A DNA stretch of 64,000 nucleotides from the NCBI GenBank assembly GCA_949293415.1, contig CASFDK010000022.1:2686-66685 (forward strand). The letters run 5' to 3'. Positions within the stretch are counted from its first letter, which is position 1. The number at the start of each line of letters is the position of its first letter. Shown piece after piece: positions 60,916 to 64,000 of this stretch. Position numbers and translations under genes: made by a program. The notes under the pieces were generated by a model that searched no databases, was not told where the DNA came from, and saw only the letters and a list, made by a program, of their open reading frames with translations. The stretch comes from an uncultured Verrucomicrobiota bacterium (GTDB lineage Bacteria > Verrucomicrobiota > Verrucomicrobiia > Opitutales > Intestinicryptomonadaceae).

Positions 60916-61293
60916 GAGCCTATCCGCCGCGCAAAGGTTCGCTGTTTTTTCGAAAAAGTTAAAGCCGCACGGGTATTCTATCGATAGGCATACGGGGATA
61001 TTGTTTTCAGACGAAGCGAAAGCCGACCCCGCCTACGGTAGGGGCGTGGCAAAGGCGATGGGGTTGGAATAAAATCCGATACCGAATTATTTCGCGCCGA
61101 ACATTCGGACAACCTGTCTTCTTGCCGTTTCTTTGGAAAGGCGGAAACGCGTGGGGGGGTAAATATCTGTACGGCGAAAAATTTGCCGATTGCAATGTCG
61201 CATCGTGAGTGCGCCTGTTTTTTCCGAGGCGTGCTTCCGTTCTTTCGGGTAAATTTACTTGAAAATGGTTTTTTGCTAACTTACTCATTGGCT

Positions 61294-63606
61294 ATGGCAA
61301 GAAAGATATATGTATTTGTGATGTACCTTGTCTGTGGCGTGTTGCTTTCGGCGCGGGAAGGAGGAAAAAAAGACTTTGTAAAATACGTTATGCCCGAGGC
61401 GGGCAGCGATTCGACGGCAGAATTGTCGACGGGCAATTTGTATCCCTGCGTGGCTGTTCCTTTCGGTATGAATTTCTGGTCACCGCAATCAAGGGAACAT
61501 TCGAAGCTCTGGTGGTACGCATATTCCGATACGAAGTTCAACGCAATCAGGCTGACGCACCAGGCAACCCCGTGGATAGGCGACTACGGCGTACTGTGCT
61601 TTATGCCGACCGTAGGCGAAAAAAAGGGGTTGGAAAAAGACAGGCAAAGTTGGATTTCGCACAAGGCGGAAACTATAAGTCCCGACTACTACAGCGTGTA
61701 TTTGGCGGACTATGACACTACATTGGAGCTTGCCCCAACCTCAAGGGGTGCGCATATGCGCGTTTCCTATCCCGATTCGGACAAAGCCAACTTTGTCATA
61801 GACGTTCTTTCCGGGAAATCATTCGCGAAAATAATTCCCGAAAGGAATATGGTGGTGGGCAAAAGCGTCTGGATAAATTCGCGCCGCGGTTATGTCGCGG
61901 GCGATCTTGCAAAATATTTCGTGCTTAAATTCGACAGACCTTTAAGCTCCTATGCAGTATTCGACGGCGAAAACATATGCGAAGGCGAAACGCAAACAAA
62001 AGATTCCTCTGCGCAAAAGGGCGTAATTTTGACCTTCAAGACAAAAAAGGGCGAAAGTGTCGGCATTCGGATTGCAACTTCGTTCATAAGCCTGCAACAG
62101 GCGGAGCTTAATTTCGAGAGGGAAGTCGCAAAAAATTCCTTCGACGAATGCAGGGCTAAGGGTAGGGCGCAATGGAACGGGCACCTTTCAAAAATACGGA
62201 TATGCGACGACAACATAGACGACTATCCGAACGTAAAAATGTTCTACACGGCCTTCTTCAGAACATTGTTGTTCCCCCGCGATTTCCACGAGATGGACGG
62301 GGACGGCAACAAAATACACTACAGCCCGTTTAACGGAAAAATAGAGCGCGGGGCGATGACGACCGACAACGGTTATTGGGACACTTTCAGAGCAGTCCAT
62401 CCCCTGTTCAATTTGCTTTTCCCCGAGCGGAGCGAAACGGTTTTGGAGGGTATGCAAAACACGTTCAAAGAGGGCGGATGGTTCCCCGAATGGGCGTCTC
62501 CGGGGTATGTGAATTGTATGATAGGCTCAAACTCGTCGTCGGTTGCGGCGGGCGCGTATTTGTTCGTGTCGAAAAGCGCGGCGGACGGCGAAATTTTGTG
62601 GCGGGCGATGAACAAGGGTGCCGAATCTTTCTGCGAAAAAAACAATTCGCTGGGAAGGGCTGGCGCAAGGCAATACAATACTTTGGGCTATGTGCCGAAC
62701 GACATCAACCTAAAGGAGAGCGCGGCGCGTACGCTCGAATACGCATACGCCGACTATTGCATTATGAAGTTCGCCAAGGCTTTGGGCAAGGACGATGCCG
62801 TTGTGGAAAAGTTTGCAAAGCGCGCCCAAAACTACCGCAATTTGTTCGACGAAAAACATTCGCTTATGGTGGGGCGCGATTCGAAGGGCGAATTTAAAAG
62901 GAATTTCAATCCCGTGGAGTGGGGCGGCGACTTTACCGAAGGCAATTCGATTCAATACACGTGGAGCGTTTTTCACGACATAAACGGTCTGGCGAAGCTT
63001 ATGGGCGGCAGGGAAAAGGCCGCAAAGCGGCTCGACGATATGTTCGCGATGGCTCCCGTTTTCGATGTGGGAGTCTACAAGACCGTGATACACGAAATCA
63101 GGGAAATGCAGATTGTCAATTTCGGTCAATATGCGCACGGCAACCAGCCCATACAGCACGGTGCGTATATATACGACTGGCTCGGGCAGCCATGGAAGAC
63201 TCAGTATTGGACAAGACGGATAATGCAAAAGCTGTACAAGCCCGAAATTGCCGCCTATTGTGGCGACGAAGACAACGGGCAGACTTCGGCTTGGTACGTG
63301 TTTTCGGCGTTGGGCTTTTACCCCGTATGCCCCGTGGACGGCGAATTCGCGATAGGTTCGCCCCTGTTCAAAAAGGTCGAGATTACGATGCCCGACGGCA
63401 AAAAGCTTTCGATTAAAGCGGAGAACAACTCCCCCGAAAACGTATACATCAAATCGCTGAAGATTGACGGCAAAGATTACGACAGGAATTACTTTACATT
63501 CGCGCAGCTCAGGAACGGCGGAGAAATCGTAATGGAAATGTCGGACAAGCCGAATACGACAAGGGGCGTTTCCGAGGAAAGCGCACCTAGCTCGATGACA
63601 AAATAG
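61294..63606 (+). CDS. glycoside hydrolase family 92 (alpha-mannosidase-like)
   Basis: Start at the internal ATG, giving a signal peptide (MARKIYVFVMYLVCGVLLSA). GH92-type blocks GNLYPCVAVPFGMNFWSPQ, YWDTFRAVHPL and CGDEDNGQTSAWYVFSALGFYPVCP. Confidence 0.85.
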   Translation: MARKIYVFVMYLVCGVLLSAREGGKKDFVKYVMPEAGSDSTAELSTGNLYPCVAVPFGMNFWSPQSREHSKLWWYAYSDTKFNAIRLTHQATPWIGDYGVLCFMPTVGEKKGLEKDRQSWISHKAETISPDYYSVYLADYDTTLELAPTSRGAHMRVSYPDSDKANFVIDVLSGKSFAKIIPERNMVVGKSVWINSRRGYVAGDLAKYFVLKFDRPLSSYAVFDGENICEGETQTKDSSAQKGVILTFKTKKGESVGIRIATSFISLQQAELNFEREVAKNSFDECRAKGRAQWNGHLSKIRICDDNIDDYPNVKMFYTAFFRTLLFPRDFHEMDGDGNKIHYSPFNGKIERGAMTTDNGYWDTFRAVHPLFNLLFPERSETVLEGMQNTFKEGGWFPEWASPGYVNCMIGSNSSSVAAGAYLFVSKSAADGEILWRAMNKGAESFCEKNNSLGRAGARQYNTLGYVPNDINLKESAARTLEYAYADYCIMKFAKALGKDDAVVEKFAKRAQNYRNLFDEKHSLMVGRDSKGEFKRNFNPVEWGGDFTEGNSIQYTWSVFHDINGLAKLMGGREKAAKRLDDMFAMAPVFDVGVYKTVIHEIREMQIVNFGQYAHGNQPIQHGAYIYDWLGQPWKTQYWTRRIMQKLYKPEIAAYCGDEDNGQTSAWYVFSALGFYPVCPVDGEFAIGSPLFKKVEITMPDGKKLSIKAENNSPENVYIKSLKIDGKDYDRNYFTFAQLRNGGEIVMEMSDKPNTTRGVSEESAPSSMTK

Positions 63607-64000
63607 ACTGGCGTTTATTCTCCGACTTCCCGCCGGCGCGTCATACTTTCGACGGATCGATTCCGAAAGAGCCGCCGCATACGGTTATCGGCTTGCGCCC
63701 GATTTTCCCGAAGAGACTTTTGCGCTCATCGCCAAAGATAGTGTTATGAGTATAAAAGGAGCAAAAAAAGCGGGGCTTGATGCGGATACTGGATTATCTC
63801 GAACCTGATTGGAGGAATATCTGCGTGTTATATATCGAAACTTCCAAAATTACAGATTGAGGGTCTTGGTTCTATGCGGAGTCTTTCAATAAAATCCACT
63901 CTCTTTGGTGTTGACCCTTTTACTGCGGTTGCAGGGCAATAATGTCGGGAAAAGATCGCTCTACGTCAAAGGTTGTGGAATGGTGGGAAAAAAAGAGGGC

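Noticed and set aside
63607-64000. The last ~400 bp after the GH92 gene, checked for a gene start or RNA.
   Set aside because: The track lists no ORF of 60 aa or more there, only very short ORFs are readable, and I saw no recognisable RNA motif. I am not willing to call a feature there.

Overview
This is a 64-kb chromosomal segment, moderately GC-rich by eye, from a diderm bacterium. The diderm call rests on lpxB, OprB-like and TorF-like porins and a GldA/F/G-like ABC system. Taxonomy cannot be fixed from sequence alone; a PVC-type or similar heterotroph is plausible. All family calls come from motif recognition in the supplied ORF translations, and no searches were run.

I support about 50 protein genes, one tRNA-Ser(GCU), several intrinsic terminators and a few promoter candidates. 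There is no rRNA, no CRISPR and no intact mobile element; only an IS3-family OrfA remnant and a decayed HAD fragment are present.

Recognisable housekeeping genes are recF, ruvB, icd, proA, queC, mtaB, eno, hisS, lpxB and rsmE.

The accessory or poorly explained parts are:
- A 7-kb block (51.2-58.2 kb) of three tandem, strongly diverged, membrane-anchored paralogs plus a secreted coiled-coil protein, with no family I recognise.
- A P-type ATPase operon (35.7-39.3 kb) whose pump and two small partner proteins each carry a cysteine-less HMA-like domain. The pump also has a proline-less YSC motif where CPC is expected.
- A nearly perfect 134-bp structured tandem repeat (31.9-32.2 kb) that overlaps the stop codon of a Na/Pi transporter gene.
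- A near-consensus sigma-54 promoter in front of a TorF-porin / TRAP transporter / eutBC operon.
- A GAF-AAA+ regulator that lacks the GAFTGA loop.
- A GldA/F/G-like ABC operon translationally coupled to an AsmA-like giant protein.

Many long Arg-rich ORFs in the track are antisense or alternate-frame artefacts of GC-rich coding DNA and were rejected.
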